Source: Tubiluchus corallicola (lineage: Eukaryota; Animalia; Priapulida). From it: a DNA stretch of 64,000 bases. The DNA lies in assembly GCA_030141605.1 (NCBI GenBank), contig JAQGDQ010000332.1, positions 199,143 to 263,142 of the forward strand, in the 5' to 3' direction. The position numbers were made by a program, and so were the translations under genes. Within the stretch, counting starts at the first letter, position 1, and every line of letters starts with the position of its first letter. The notes below the pieces were generated by a model that saw only the letters and a program-made list of their open reading frames with translations, did no database searches and was not told where the DNA came from. This document shows positions 1-14,400 of the stretch, one piece after another.

Positions 1-352
1 AAGCATAAAAAATTTCTATTTTTAATGCTGAAGGTGAGCATTCGGAATTATCCAATTAAAATAAAAAATAATAATTTCAGTCGTAAAAGAAATCAATATG
101 GTGCATTCAGACATGCAACATTTACGAAAAGTCTGTATTCCCTTGTATTAGACTCAGATAAATGATTGCCAATATTTGTAGCCTTGTAAGCGAAAACGCC
201 TCCTAACACAATTATGTTACAGTTCACGCATGTGTTCATTCGTGCTATTTACAAGATTTATTCCTTTAGCAGTGTTTTAATGTACAAAAATATTTTTAAC
301 ACTGAGGATTCTCATTTTATTGTAATCCATTTTTATGGCATATAAAGTATAA

Positions 353-361
353 TGTGTGTGT

Positions 362-402
<41 letters not shown>

Positions 403-446
403 GCGTGTGCGTGTGCGTGTGCGTGTGCGTGTGCGTGTGCGTGTGT
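353..446. repeat. (GT)n / (GTGTGC)n compound microsatellite
   Basis: Directly visible dinucleotide then hexanucleotide run, in a GPCR intron. Confidence 0.95.
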
Positions 447-885
447 ATTTAAATATTGTTCGAGATTGGCACCTATATTTGAATAATTACGATTCAAATC
501 ATTTTCAATCACACTACGTTTAAAATGGATGGTTTTGAACTCTCGAATAATTTAGATGTTATTTGTTTCTGTTGTTTAATGGAGTGCGAGAAGCTGATAC
601 GAAATTCATCTGATTGTAATGTGTTATGATTCTCGCCAACTTATTTTCTAAACGTTAAACAAGTCGATCAATCCCGCAATTTTGCAGTATCTTTTATCAT
701 AAAAACTATAAGCAACGTAGTGCAATTTCTGGGCAAAATGATACAAAACTGAATCACAAAATTTGGAACGATAGGAATACGTCATTTAATGGGCTTTATT
801 TATGTAAGTACCCTACTATAGCATTTCTGGTAGCATAAACAAATGCAGGTTAAATTCTGAGTAATGTTTCTTTATTTTTTTCTAG

Positions 886-2675
886 GAAAGTTAAAATAGC
901 TACTTTGAACGATAGCCAGCTGGTAGGGATGTCGGTGTACAACATAGCAGCACTTTGTGTCATAGGAATACCAACGTCAATTTTGATAGAAAATAATGTT
1001 GACGCTTCATTTATTGTACAAAGTTTGGTTATAATCTTAGCAACAACGCTCACTCTATTTATGGTGTTCTTTCCAAAGGTAATGTATGCATAAAAAAACT
1101 AAAATGCCATGCTTATAGTTGAATCGACACTATTAGAAGACTATGGGTTTAAATGGAGTGGTCGAATTAGTTAAGTGAAATGTGAGTTTTAAAGAGTTTT
1201 TGAGCATTCACACAAAAAAAACATTTCTATTTCTTGGTATATATGAGCCCAAGTAAGCTATTGAAAATTACTTTTATATATGGGGAACCCCTTTTAAACT
1301 TCTCTTCTTCTAATATGGCATGAGACATTTGTCAAGAGTTATAAACGAAAATGTCCTTTTAGAAGTTAAAACTAGAGTGGGAGCACTAGTGCGCTTAGAT
1401 CTGGCATGCCCCATTTCCTTATTTCTTGTAAAGTCAGTGGTTTCCATATGAACATTTACTCGTCGTAAAATCCGTTTTTCTAGTAAAAATTTGATATACT
1501 TATTGTTGAGACAGATCGTTACCACATTAGAGTGAAAGAAACCCGACAATATAGGGCAGATCCGTTTAACATGCGTGTTTAAAGGCCGTATTAAAAAAAG
1601 TGGAAAATCGGACTCAGTTAGGACTTGCGCAATGATCAATAGTATCTTCATGCAAAATGTCAGTCTCCAGAACAATGAGTGGTCTGTGCTAGATTTCAAA
1701 AGTAAATGTAACAAGAGCACCACCAACAACAACATAACCAAGTTTCAGAGATTGATAAACTAGGCTCTGACATCAGGCGTTTTGCAATTCAGCGTAACCA
1801 TTTTCTCCTTGTAAAGCTATCGTTACAGCAGCAGGTGCGATCTATAGTCATTTCTTGTTATAGTGAAACACCTTAAAAAACTTGTTTCAGAAACTGTCGA
1901 AATTTTCCCTTGTTAATAATAATGGCTTACTTAAAAATGCGTTTTTATTTTATGTAGATAAGGCAAGTTTATCATGAAGAACGTGTAATTGCCAATGGGG
2001 GTACTATCTCAGATAATCCAACTCTGACTGATAATCCAGGAACTGTAAGTAAATTTTACATTAATGTAATAATTAAACACTAAAGATTGAGACCTTGTTG
2101 TCTTGTCAAAGAATCAATTGCAGTTCGACCAAAGGCACATTGGGACAAAATTTTATCTTAAGTATTTTTATGAAGGTTGAAGCCACCACACAAGTGAACA
2201 AAAACATGATTAACATCCTTAAACAAGAACTCACATCAGCCAAGGAAAAAGTTGCTGAAATGGAGACTGAGTAAGTTCGCCATTTTTTTTCACTAAACTT
2301 GCGTATAAATAGATGAATTGATGAAGTAATCATACCGAGAAGTGGGACGACCAAATTCACGAACACTAAATTAGAAATTCTGACAATAAGTACAGCCCAT
2401 GTTTACGTCTTATATTAGAATTATGTTGTCTTACTTCATTTTTAATACGCTACTTAGTTTATTTTCTGATGTTCAAGGATATAAGTTCACACACTCACTG
2501 TTCACATGCAGGTATATGTGTGAGGTGAAATGGAAATATAAAAAGAGCAATAATGAATTATTCATTTTATAGGATTACTAGCCTGAAGAAAGAAAAGAAG
2601 GCTCTAGAAGAAGCTTTATCTCAATACAGACGCCAATCAACGAAACCGCCAGAAAAGTTGGATACTAAAGCCTGA
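886..2675 (+). CDS. GABA-B receptor-like class C GPCR, 3' part (TM6-TM7 and coiled-coil C-tail); 5' exons lie outside the window
   Basis: Phase-consistent GT-AG exons 886-1078, 1958-2044, 2176-2270, 2573-2675. They translate KVKIATLNDSQLVGMSVYNIAALCVIGIP...TLFMVFFPK, matching the GABA-B motif IPALNDSKYIGMSVYNV...FxPK, then NILKQELTSAKEKVAEMETEITSLKKEKKALEEALSQY (heptad coiled coil) and stop TGA 2673-2675. Confidence 0.9.
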
Positions 2676-5409
2676 GATTTCAATATAGCACTGAGCACAC
2701 AGTGTACTCCAGCATTTGTTCCTGTAAATCCAACACCGTGTACCATATTTTCGGCATACTGCAAACCAGAAATCAGCACACAATGGCAGGGTCTATTACT
2801 AGTGTTGAATTTTGTAGCCAAACATGCACTGAAATAACTTACTCTTCTTGCCCCCTGTATGTATATTATTCCACTTATGTATAGTACGAACTCTTATTGT
2901 CACTACATAACGAGACTGTGTCTTCTGAACTTAATAAGAATAATGAAGGGGACGAATAACACTATTGTTTCTTATTTAAGCAAAAATAAGTAAAAAATCA
3001 ATATTCCACCTGTTCTGTAGCATAATAGCAAATTAATGAAAACTATATGAGAGATTTTTCTGCTTGTCACGTATATACCTACTTAACGTATTATTCTGCG
3101 AGACTGCGGAGATTGCTTAAAATACCTATGATTTTCTCTGTAACATTTTGAATAGTAGTTCTGCTTCTCAGAATAGTTCCAAATCGATATAATGTGCAGA
3201 AATGAAAAGTTAATTGCCCATAAATTGATTTAAAATTTAATCATTTAATTTTAAATCAATTAATTAGATAGAGAGTTTATATATGTGTGTGTGTGTCAAA
3301 TCAGCGTCAAACTGTAACTTTTTAAAGATCGATTTTTTTCACATAATTTTAACACATTTAGCAATTTATTATTATGACATGTTTTGCACAATTTTTAACT
3401 TAACAGTTCTGTCATTATTTTTACCACGTACACTGCGTACCATTTTTATTATTATTATGCTAAAAAACATAACGCTAATCAGATATACTCCAGCAAAACA
3501 TCAACTAAGGTGGCATCATTAGCCAAAATTATGAAACCAGCCATTATAATATTCCTAGAAATATGTGAATTAAAATAATCACGGTCTATTTTTGTTATAT
3601 TTATAAGCATCGCCATGAAAAATATGAAAAAGCACCGGTGTTTCCCTTGACTAATACCGTTAGGCTAACTGGCATATAATTATATACACAGCTAAGCTTA
3701 CCGTTTTAATTTTTCTAATAAATGTATTCATTTGTAAGCAGCTTATAGTTGATGAATAATAATTGAATAATTGTTCACATGTATAGATAGAGAGCCTTTT
3801 ATATAATTTTCAATGAGCATTGTTGCATGTGGTGATCTTTCATCTATTCATCTGAATTATACTTTTATTACTTAATTATTTTGGTCCCAGTATATCATAT
3901 TGATAATACGTTTCTTCGCACAAATATATAATTTAGCGTTATACAGGCCCTTTGCGTTGTATGGCTTTAGAAAAAGGTAATTATATAACCAGGAATTGTA
4001 GCAAACTCTTTGTACAGGGTGTCTCATCAGTCACAATACACTTTACATTTTCTATGTTTTAAACAAACAAAACTAAGTGTTTGAAAATTGGTACAGATGA
4101 ACTAAACCGTTGGGCAAAATTAGAAAATCTGGTAAGAACTACTGCGCTTTGCTACTTTTACTACCTTCTTCAGAAACCTCAAGAGTCTCAAAAACCAATC
4201 CAACAGTCGGGTAGTCCTACACTGAGAAGGTCTCTCCCAGAGTCACAGCCCATAAGTGATTAGGAAGGGCTGTGTCTCGATGAAAAGCTACATAGCAATA
4301 GTGGGAGAATAGTTGGTGAACCTCAGTCGGTGATCGAAGGACCGCATACCAGGTTGATTTTAACTCATTTATAACGTTACAGTCCTAGCCATAGCAACGA
4401 CGTTCTACACAAAAGCTAAATTTAAAAAATTGCCAAAGATCCGTTTTGATTCATGTAAGGACTCTTGAGACGCCCTATATTTGCCACAAATAAAAATAAG
4501 TTCTATACGTGCAAACATTTCCAACCATAAATTGCGCACAAATCATTATTTTCGGCGGGCTTACTCATATCCAACAGGTACTTTTTGGTGTAATTTCAAA
4601 AAATGATAGACATGTTTACAAAACACGAGGAAGGAAAAATAAGTAGTAGACATTGATTCTGAATGTGGTCGTCAAGTATGTCAAATATGGTTCACTAACG
4701 ACCTGTTCATCATCATCTTCATACATTCTCTCACCTGTCAGTCATTGGGTAGGCCTCCCTTGCGTTAGCTGGTTAAGAAAGTGTTGGCCACATGGTTAAG
4801 ATCAATAAATGCACTCTTGTCGTTAAAATTGCTCCAGAGCATGTGATGCTTACGTTTTCATCCAATCTTTTGGGCAAACTTCAACATGCTCCACTTTTCG
4901 CCACCAAACAATGAAACAAAATGCTTATTTTGCAAGTTGCAACGATCAAAAAAAATAAATATCATTAAACTCCTATCAAAGAAACGAGAAAAGTTTTGAG
5001 TTTAAAATAGTTGTTAATGGTTTAAATCAGTTCACCTTATGTGGTACGTATCACGTATATGCAAGACACGAAAAACCAAATTCCTTTACACTTTGCAATT
5101 TTTTTGTTTTTGAAATAGTTAACATTAGATTAACATTAAAATTAGAATGAAATAAAAGCAAGTAAATCAGTTCATTTAGCTTTTGATTTATTTTTAATTG
5201 ACCTAGGCAATTAAAACTAAGAAAAACTAAAGTTTACGAATTTATTGCTACTATGCATGTAAAAAATTAAAAGCTATAAAGCTAATACAACAATAAAAAG
5301 CCTTAAGGCAGCAGTAAAGTCTTTATATAACATAATTTCACTCAAAATTTGAAATAAGGGAGAGTTTATTTCGATTAGTTAATTATGAATGCTTATAATG
5401 TGAATTTTC

Positions 5410-8400
5410 TTATTTCTCTGAGACATGGCTTATTTCAGAAACTTTTTTCTTTCTTGCAAACAAAACATTACAAAGTTCCATGATTGTAAGCACGCTCGCT
5501 CCAGCGAATGCTCCCATTAAACCACCAATATTACCTAAAGTGAAAATGAAAGTAAGAATTATTGATGACTTTTCTACAATGACTTCCTAAAGTAATGATG
5601 GCTTCTCAAAGAAAATTCCGTGCTGAAGCCGTTGACAAACTCGCATCAAATTATAAACTCACGTCTAAAAGTATGATAGTGCACCGCTGACTGAAACACT
5701 GAGCTCAAGGTATTAACACAAGCATATAATTACAATAAAATCGTAAGGGAGGTGTCTTTAACAATAATTTGTTATAATCAACTGCTTATATTTGTGTTTA
5801 AAATTTATTGATATCTACTTTTAATAAAAATAACTAAATCTATTGATTTGCAGTACTCGACTTCGGTGCATGTAGCACTACTTCTTGTGTTAATCTGAAG
5901 AAGACTTTACCCCACTTCGCTTCAAAGTTTTGAAGTTAATGTATTTGACTCTTAAGTAAAGTCAATTTCTCAGTCCAGTCGTCGCTTCCGTAATTTATTC
6001 CGTCTATTTAAGTAAGTAATGTAAGAGAGCTATTTTAAAATTTGACTAAGAGGGTCCGCATTTACTCAGCATTACTACATACACTTACATATTACATCTT
6101 TGACTGTATATGATGGTTCACTCCAGACGGTCCTGTTAAATAAGTTTACGTAAAAGATCTCAACTTCAGCTAAATTTGATCTGAAAAATTACAGATTGCT
6201 TTTACAGCATCATTACGAAAATTTACTTTTCTAACTTCAGCTAAATTTTATTTGCGAAATTGCATATTGTTCTTGCAGTACCGTTTTCGAAAATTTCTGA
6301 CTTTTTTCAAAATGCCTAGCCGAAAAATAATAATAGTAGCTCAATGTGTAAAAATGTCCATCATTTTTTATTATAATCACAAACAAACATAGGCGAAATG
6401 TTCAGTTAATTATGTGGACGTTCACAGCAGCGGCGAGAAAAATAATGTGTAGTTTGTACGTAACCAATAATTTTTAAAATTGTAGTTCCGTACAATTAGT
6501 TACATAATTATTACAATCTTTACAACAAACAGTAAAGCCAGCGCCGCTTAATTCGTGACTAGATTAATCAATATAAAGTACACAAAACTTCACAGAGAAA
6601 AAAATTATTCATAATCAAAGATTATGTTCTGTATAATTATTTACAGAATTTTTATGACAATCTTTACCATAGACAATAGAACCAGAACAACTTAATTCAT
6701 AACTTTAGTAGCTGTGGCGCAATAAATCTGGTTACATGAATTCCGATGTTATAATGTGTGCTGGCCGAGTTGCTGTGTTTGTTATAGTTTCATTTCGCTT
6801 GTAATCAATAGCACATAATTTGTGTTGGTACAAAAATCGCATAACGTCAATATACATTGTAATACATTGTTTCATAATCTTCTTGACTGCTTAAAGATTA
6901 ACTCTGTAGCTAACAATGATGGACGTCGTGTACTCCACTAGAAAATTGTTCTAGTTATCGTATGTATTGTATGGGTTTTGCAAATTTTAATTAAGTATTA
7001 ACTAATGAACTAGTCGTATTTATGGATTAACTATTTTGAGTTATTACATACTCGAACTAACTAATTGTATATTTCTTCACTGCACATAGTAGAAATACTG
7101 TGATCACTAATAGTCACTGTGTTGTAAATCCATTCAAAATAAATAAAGTTTATATCAGAAAATTGTTCATTTCGGCGATTTCTTTCTCTGTTACTGATTT
7201 GGACTTTCCACCTTTTTAACTTACTTTATTTCTTCCTCGGTTACGTTGTACAGCTGTTCGTATATTTTTAAGAAAGGCGGTGAAGGCAGTGGTGCTAGCG
7301 TCACCTGGTAGACATATTGATCAACTGCACAGTCCGGTGGGCAAGGAGGGTCACAGTCGTCATCACGCCCATCTCTGAGAAATTCATCTGTTAAAGAGAT
7401 TATAACATATTACTTTCACATCTTGTAAGGTTTATAATCTGACACTGGGCTGAACAGCTTGTAAGGTTTATAATCTGACACTGGGCTGAACATCTTGTAA
7501 GGTTTATAATCTGACACTGGGCTGAACTTTAACCATTCGTACATTGAATTTTGCAATCGTAATCCAGTCCCTTACTTACTCCTATAGGAAGTCAGTCGGC
7601 CAGTCAAGAATTCGAACAGTCGTAAACGTAGGAAAGTAGGGCAAATATTTGGTACAATAAAATAAATTGTAGGCTTAAACAATAAGTAAACAAAATTGAA
7701 TCAATGCGAAAACAATATCCCACACATAGCGCTTGTAATGTGCGACATGATAATGAAAAAGCGGCAGAGTTAAACGTCATACCAAGAGCTGGTAGATAGC
7801 AGGTCAGATACTGACTGACTGTGCACAACGGTGCGTCTTCTGTAAAAAACAAAAGATATAATGATTAGTACTCGAGTAAATTGTAAAGACGCTACTCATA
7901 TTTTAAATGACTTGCGCTTGTTTTATATTGGACCTAATATTCTTTTGCAGAGATCTTAGTTTTTGTTCTGTTGATGTCAAACTTGTTCTGTTTAAATCTT
8001 ATTGTTCATCTTTTCACTGTTCTAACCTTTGGATCACTTTTAATCTTGGTACTAGTAGAAAATTAAAATCGGCATACTATTTTGCATTGCGAAGCTTTTT
8101 ACCTACCGTAGTGGCACCACAGCATCTAGAATATGTAGCGAAAATGGCTGTAATCACTTTAGAGTGATTTTGAGTAAAAATACTTTTAGCCCTCGTCAGG
8201 GAGTTTTAAATTCAAGCATTGAAGTCATACGCAATTTTATTCTTAATACTGATGTTATTTTAACTTCGAAAATATTTGCCCATTCGGGATATACACTTAC
8301 TAACCTTCTTTAAATATTTAGCTTACTAATTTTTTGTTCTCTGTGTAAATATTTATTTTATTTGTCTTGTGGTGGATTTTTAAATAGTGAATTTTAATTA

Positions 8401-11400
8401 AGCTTTGTTTATCGTTCTACGGTACTTATTATGTACTGAAATGAACGTAAAATAAATAAAAATAAATAAATTACTAATTTTGTTTCATTCATGCCTATGA
8501 TGACGCTAATGAAATCAGCAAAGATACAGCGAAGAGTGCCATTTAACAGAAATTTCAATTTCGCGTGAGAGATCTTTGACCGATGCTAAATGATTTATTT
8601 CAGCTTATAGTTTTTCTGTCAGAAGAAGGCATGATCTGCCGACCCGAACAAAGATAACGTAAAGCAGGGGTGTTCGAGGTTCGGGACGGGATCGAGTTTC
8701 AGTTGGAGATCAGTGGTTCGGGATAGGGGTTCGGATCTTAATTAAGTTCGACGGCAGGATTTTTCGGGGTTCGGTATCAAGCGGTCAGGATCTCGACCTC
8801 GAACCATCCATATTATCAACAAATGGAAATATTAGAGTGAAATTGCGCAATTTTAGCTCCAGCTCAATAATTATATGCGTCACTAGACTATGAGCAGATT
8901 CCACCCTTGGGGCATGGCTGCCAGCTAATCAAAACCTGCACTGAGTTTGCATACTTCACTATGCTATTCAAACGTAAAGAAACCTATTGGTCATCTTTTT
9001 GTTTTGAAGTTAAAATGATTGTTAGAGAGAACGATCATGTATTAACTGAGAATGATCATGCATTGAGTAAGAAGCATTGACTTTTTGGGCGGATTTTTGA
9101 TAGGAAACATATTACATACAACAGCAGTGAGACAAAAAAAAATCACCAAAATATTTTTCGTAAAACGGTCTTATTCTTTTACATATGTTCTTAAATTGTT
9201 CCAACTTTATTGGCGAACCACATCCACCAGAATACATTAGTCATACTCACAAAAGACTGGTTGCACGCTCCCTTTTTGTATATCCAGCAAAATTTTAGTC
9301 GGTTGTTTACTTTAAACGTTTTAAAATAGTGGTTATCAAAATGCGATGAAGTGTGGTTCATTAAATCTCAACAAAATCTATGGTCTCGTAAAATTTAAGC
9401 AACGAATGATTTTGTAAACGGCTGATTTTTCTCGATAAGCCTCAAAAACCGAAATAAACGTTGTTTTTTTCGAGTACTATAAACTTAAAATTCAGAGTCG
9501 GGATTTAGGTCGGGACGGAAAGAGTTCTGGATACCTGTTCAAAAATTCTGCTTTACACTAGGGGTGTTCGGGAACGTGGCGACTGTGTCTGCAATCAAGC
9601 AGTTAATACAACTACTACTTGTTTTACGGTATCACAAATACAGTCTCTCTTCTTTAGCAGCATAGCAACTTGGCCTTAGACCAAAAGTTACTCTCTATTT
9701 AATTGTTAATCGGCAAAATAAATTTAAAAATAAGCTATGTACTCTTAAGCAATGATACTGCTGTGTATCCAACCGCCACTGAAAACTTGCTGAACTTAAA
9801 GTTGGATATAACAGATAATGCCAACTTCTGGGGTGCGAAGCGACAGGAGCGTGTAAGGTCGTAATACATATGACTACATGAAACAGGCGAAATTGAACAG
9901 ATTTGTTGAATAGTCATACATGACGAAACTAAGATCAAAATCCCATCATATCGTCAGCAGTTTCTCCCTTTCAATTGACTGCGCACTACATTACGCCCTG
10001 TTTTGATTTAAGCTAGCCTATGTAACATTCCCGATCGTTACTGCTAAAATGAGCTGCTTATTCGCATATTATATTATTAGCAACCTCATTTGCAAGACAC
10101 ATTTGCGCATACATTTTATTTGTATTACCAGTACCCTCATTTCACAGCGGAGCATTGTTTTTCTATGTACATAAAGCTTCAGCTAATGTGCATGTAAACT
10201 CTGTACACACTACACAGCAGATTTGACCAGCTAAGGCCCAACACGTTGAACGTAGACGATGCTTCTAGTTCATGACATAAGAGACTTAATAGTGAGATGA
10301 TCGATGCAATAAACGTTCATATTATACATGTCGTAAAGAAATTTAATTTAGTGTAGAAATTGTAACTCCATCTATTAAAGACTAAATTACAACACTATAA
10401 AACTGCATTTTGTAGAGGTTTATATTTCATACTTTTACAGCTATAATACGTACCACTTGGAGACACCCAAAATCTGCAGTCACATTTTTTCTCCGCATAA
10501 CTGCGCTGGCAAATTAAAACGCAGAAAGACTTCGAGTACAAAATGTTTGTCCCAGCATAGAGCGTAGGGTTACTGCAGACCGGATTAGATGGACTGCCTT
10601 GAAAGTATGTCTGCAAGCAAATATAATCATGTGTTAGCAATTACAGATGCTTCTTATGAACAACTAAACAAAAACTGCAGTAAAAGAAACGGGTATGGTT
10701 AAATATTAAATTCAGTTACATATGCTAGAGATCTACAAGGACAAGTGGCAAAAAGCGTCGACTCACTGAGAAGTGCCTTCTGTGGACTCAAAAATTACAC
10801 GGAGAAGCAAATTATTCTTGGCGTTTCATGGTTGAATGAAAAACGCCATCATGATTTGATTATTTAAATTAAAATTATTATCGTAAAACAAAAACAATTG
10901 AACTTATTTCTAACCTTACAGAATACTTAGTAATAGTTAGCTAATAATAGTTAGTAATAACAAATAAAAAATTATATAATAATAACAGGTTTATAAAAGA
11001 AAAATTACCTTATTTATTTATAATAATAAAATACCTAGAATATTACATAGCGACGAGTACATACAAAAAAGTAGTCGGTAGTAAATAAAATAATAGCAAC
11101 CCTGGAACAGGAGTAAAGGTCAGTGAATATCGGTCAATTATGATTATTACTCGACCACCGGGCTTTATCAAATTTGTTTCACAAGTACAAAGATGGACTG
11201 GGTTAATTGTGTATTAAGCATTTTTCATGGTCGTGGGTAAAATACTTACACTTACAAGGTGTAAGTTGTGTAGTCGGTTTTTGTTAATAATTCATTGTTT
11301 TTAGTGACAGCGCGAGCCGTTCACGTACTCGATACAAATGGGCTCTTCTAGCTGAGTTATGGCTGTTCATTTCTAAACCAACATTGACGAAAATCAAGAG

Positions 11401-14400
11401 CAGATTGGTTTTGTCAAACTTAAATGACATTCAAACATAACTGTCATTCTCGGCGATCACACAGTCCTGGAACACTGACAAACTCAATAGTGTTTTGAAT
11501 GACCGTGTGGACGGCCTATTAGTCACCTAATTATTATTCTTGCGTTAAGTTTTTATCAGATATAGTACCTTTTCGTATTGAAGTCCAACCTTTGTGATGA
11601 AACCTGGAGAAATTTGAATTTCGTTGGCATCAATTTCTGTAAACGGCGCTCCAGGTGAATGCACTCTTGCCTGCAATATATACAACAGTTATTGTTTTAG
11701 GCCCATTGTGCATTGAAGACGCGCGGCAAAATTACTCAAGGAATAATTCCTTGTAAAAATTTCTCACGAAAATGGAGCACATTGCCTTTTATGGCATATT
11801 TCATTTCATAAGAAATTTTTCTCGTGGTTTTTTCATGAGGAATTCTGCCGCCAATATACGCTGTGCGTCGCCCTCACAAAGAAATTCGCCGCATTGGAGA
11901 AAAGGAGTATAATTACTCCGTTTTCCGGAGGATTCCTCACATGTAAGCATACCATGTAAGCAATGTATTGCCCTCTGTGTGTTAGTTGATTTTGGCAACA
12001 GTTCATCACTCAATGAGTTTGTAATTAGTTTATTATTCTGTTTTATTTTCTGCAGAATAAAGAACCACACAATCTAGGCTTGATGGTTATCATCAGCAGC
12101 ATCATCATCCCCTCACTACTGTCTTCCAGTAGTCATCATTAGCATTATTATCACCACTGTCATCACACGTCATCATAGTTTTGGCTCAATAAAGAGAGAG
12201 AAAAGGATTAGCCAAACTGCAATGTGAACTCAAGATAGTCAGATCTTATGTTCGCCAGCCAAATGTACACAGAGTGCTAAAGTACTTGCTCAATGAGTGC
12301 ATCTGTCGTCACACTGAAACCTGAAAATGTTTAACCTTCCACAGAAGGAATTGATATCCAACAAAATGTCAATCATTCTCAGTCAAGAGCTCTGCTGACT
12401 GTCCAGTCAGTGTGCATATTTTTCACACGCCCATAGAACTGGTTCATTATCTCGTCTTTCGGGACAAGAGCTCTAACTATGTATTATCGGTATATGTTAT
12501 ATTCTTATGAAAAATGCTCAACTTTTCAAAAATCTGCGGGAGAGAAATCAGCCTGGTTGTAAATCTTATTGTAGGTTGTCGATTGCCTGTATTGTCGACT
12601 AAAATTGCAGGTGAATTTGTGGAAATACATAGTATAATTTCGTTTTTTATAGGAAGAAATGCGCAGCGCTTGCGTCTATGAGTTAATGATTTTGCTGTTA
12701 ATAAAATACGCAGTTTAGTTTATTGTACGACCTTGCAAGCTAGATAAAAACAAGCATTAACTTTAAAAAAATTAACTTAACGAGGTTAATTAGGCCCTCA
12801 TATAATCATATTAATCATATAAGATAAATCATATAACTCCGCTTTAATGATGCAAATATAAAATAGCCCACTTAAACAGACATGACAATGAAATTTATAA
12901 GTATATTGAAGCTCGAGTTGGCAGGTATAAATGCTTCAGGGTTAACATGCATATAAAAATTACAGCCTGAGCACGTCTATGTAGGTTTTCGAGGGTTGTA
13001 ATAATGGCCAGTTAGCAATAGTTGAAGCCCAGCGGCAGAGTTGAACACTCATCTACAGGAATCAGTGACAACTGTCAGGATTATGTGGTAAGCGAGCACA
13101 CTCATTGGAATTCACATTCAGGCAAAATGTTTTTTGTGGTCAGTTTTTATAAACCTCAAGATCTTCACTGTCCAAATTAATTCAAATGTGGTCAAAATTT
13201 ATGTTATATATCAACGTGAAATTTGTATCCTGAAATAGTCATTTTTATGCAATTTCCCTGGCTATAAAGCCTATAATCATAATTAAAAGATTCCATTGGG
13301 ACTTATGACTTACGTAACTTGGACAAGATCGTTGGACAAGAACGTAAAATAATCAAATTTATTCCATTTCTGTAGTCTAACAAACAGTTGAAAAAATGTA
13401 AAAAGTGGACAGTTAAAATTTGAAAAAATACGTCGCAGGTATGATGTGTTCGTATATTCAAAGGCAAAAGAAACTCGTAAATATATTTTGTCGCACATTT
13501 ATTGTAAAGCAATGCTAACTGGCTTAGTTTCTTTATTATACTTATGTCTCTACATTTTGTGGTGCTTCGAAACTTCTTCTCTACATTCTGTTTAAATTGA
13601 AAAGTCATTTTTTGCCTACTTGAAGTATTGATTTTGTGTAAAAATAGCTATTCATAATTCATAATTCATTTTTTGCCTGCTTGAAGTATTAATTTCGTGT
13701 CAAAATAACTGCTACTCTGCAAATTTATATTTATGAAAAAGTGCAATCAGTTTATCTGCTGATTAGACATTAGTTGTGACTGTCATGTTGTTTAGTTTAG
13801 TTTAGACAGTTGTTGTCCAGCGTGAGCTGTTGTCCCGAATGCCTCTGAGCGTGCTTACGTTACAGCAGAGGCGGAGCGATATACCAATATGTTTGACGTC
13901 AGTTCGGCACCAGGTAGTAAACGAGGCTTATTTTTGTAGAATTTTGCTTCGTTCCCTTATAGTTAGAATGATGAGACTAATATGTCTACTACAATGTAGA
14001 ATCGTGATAAAAATCTCATTTTGCTCTAGTACTGTCTAAAAATTGCCTTTACTTGTCAACTGTCTGTCATCTTAGTATTATACTTTCCATCTCATTGTTT
14101 TATAAGCCTTCTACACAGTCTGTAGGGCAATTGTGTTAGGGCTTAAGCCTATAATAGAAAACAGTCTACCATACCGTGAATCCAACTGATCCACCCAATG
14201 GTCCATAAGCATAATCTTCTTTACTCGCCCATAGGCGAATTTGCAGGCCAAATTTCGAACCCGGTTGTCGAATAAGGTAGGGCTTGTATTTTGTCGGGTA
14301 AATGAAGTAAATGGCTTTCTCGTTTTTCCTTGAGTCTGCCATTTTGTGATCACCGATGCCTGCCTTATCTATGTCGACCGAATTCAGTAGTTTTGCATTA

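Noticed and set aside
1310-1741. 143-aa minus-strand ORF in the GPCR intron
   Set aside because: No recognisable domain. Another frame has a weak WKPLTL..KWGMPDL similarity to L1/Tx1 LINE remnants, too weak to call.
4010-5040. Possible DNA transposon remnant (TACAGGGTGT mariner-like start)
   Set aside because: No matching second terminus or recognisable transposase motif found.
7419-7526. 36-bp repeats resembling CRISPR direct repeats
   Set aside because: No spacers, no cas genes, located in a eukaryotic intron; it is a minisatellite.
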